Assembly: GCA_951406725.2 (NCBI GenBank)
Contig: OX597827.1
Span: 10,974,001-11,038,000, forward strand
From: Octopus vulgaris
Lineage: Eukaryota
DNA: 64,000 bases
Direction: 5' to 3'
The translations under genes and the position numbers were made by a program. Under the pieces are notes generated by a model. It saw only the letters and a program-made list of their open reading frames with translations. It was not told the origin of the DNA and ran no database searches. How positions within the stretch are numbered: the first letter of the stretch is position 1; every line of letters begins with the position of its first letter. Shown in pieces: positions 63,805 through 64,000 of the stretch.

Positions 63805-64000
63805 AGCCTGTCGTATATATGTATATATATATGTATATATGTGTGTGTTTGTGTGTCTGTGTTTGTCCCCCTAGCATTGCTTGACAACCGATGCTGGTGT
63901 GTTTATGTCCCCGTCACTTAGCAGTTCGGCAAAAGAGACCGATAGAATAAGTACTGGGCTTACAAAGAATAAGTCCCGGGGTCGAGTTGCTCGACTAAAG
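63805..64000 (+). mobile_element. SINE family A, partial
   Basis: 3' half; runs off the window. Confidence 0.88.

Overview
AT-rich eukaryotic DNA. The SINE, RTE and microsatellite repertoire looks like a coleoid cephalopod, most likely Octopus (recognised from memory, not searched). I could not support any intact host protein-coding exon: nearly all listed ORFs are microsatellite or repeat artefacts. The window is a mosaic of four tRNA-derived SINE families, truncated RTE, R4/Dong, Hero and Penelope-like retroelements, non-autonomous Helitrons, hAT and piggyBac MITEs, and very long simple repeats. The main signal is a near-perfect 549-bp palindrome (57061-57609) with a minimal type I hammerhead ribozyme in each arm, one per strand. 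Four more partial or degenerate hammerhead motifs occur at 13.6, 14.4, 23.8-24.3 and 25.8 kb, mostly beside (TA)n tracts, and two share the inverted-end architecture. Together these point to a family of ribozyme-bearing, Penelope-related fold-back elements. All alignments and counts were done by eye, and repeat boundaries are approximate to about 10-20 bp unless termini are quoted.
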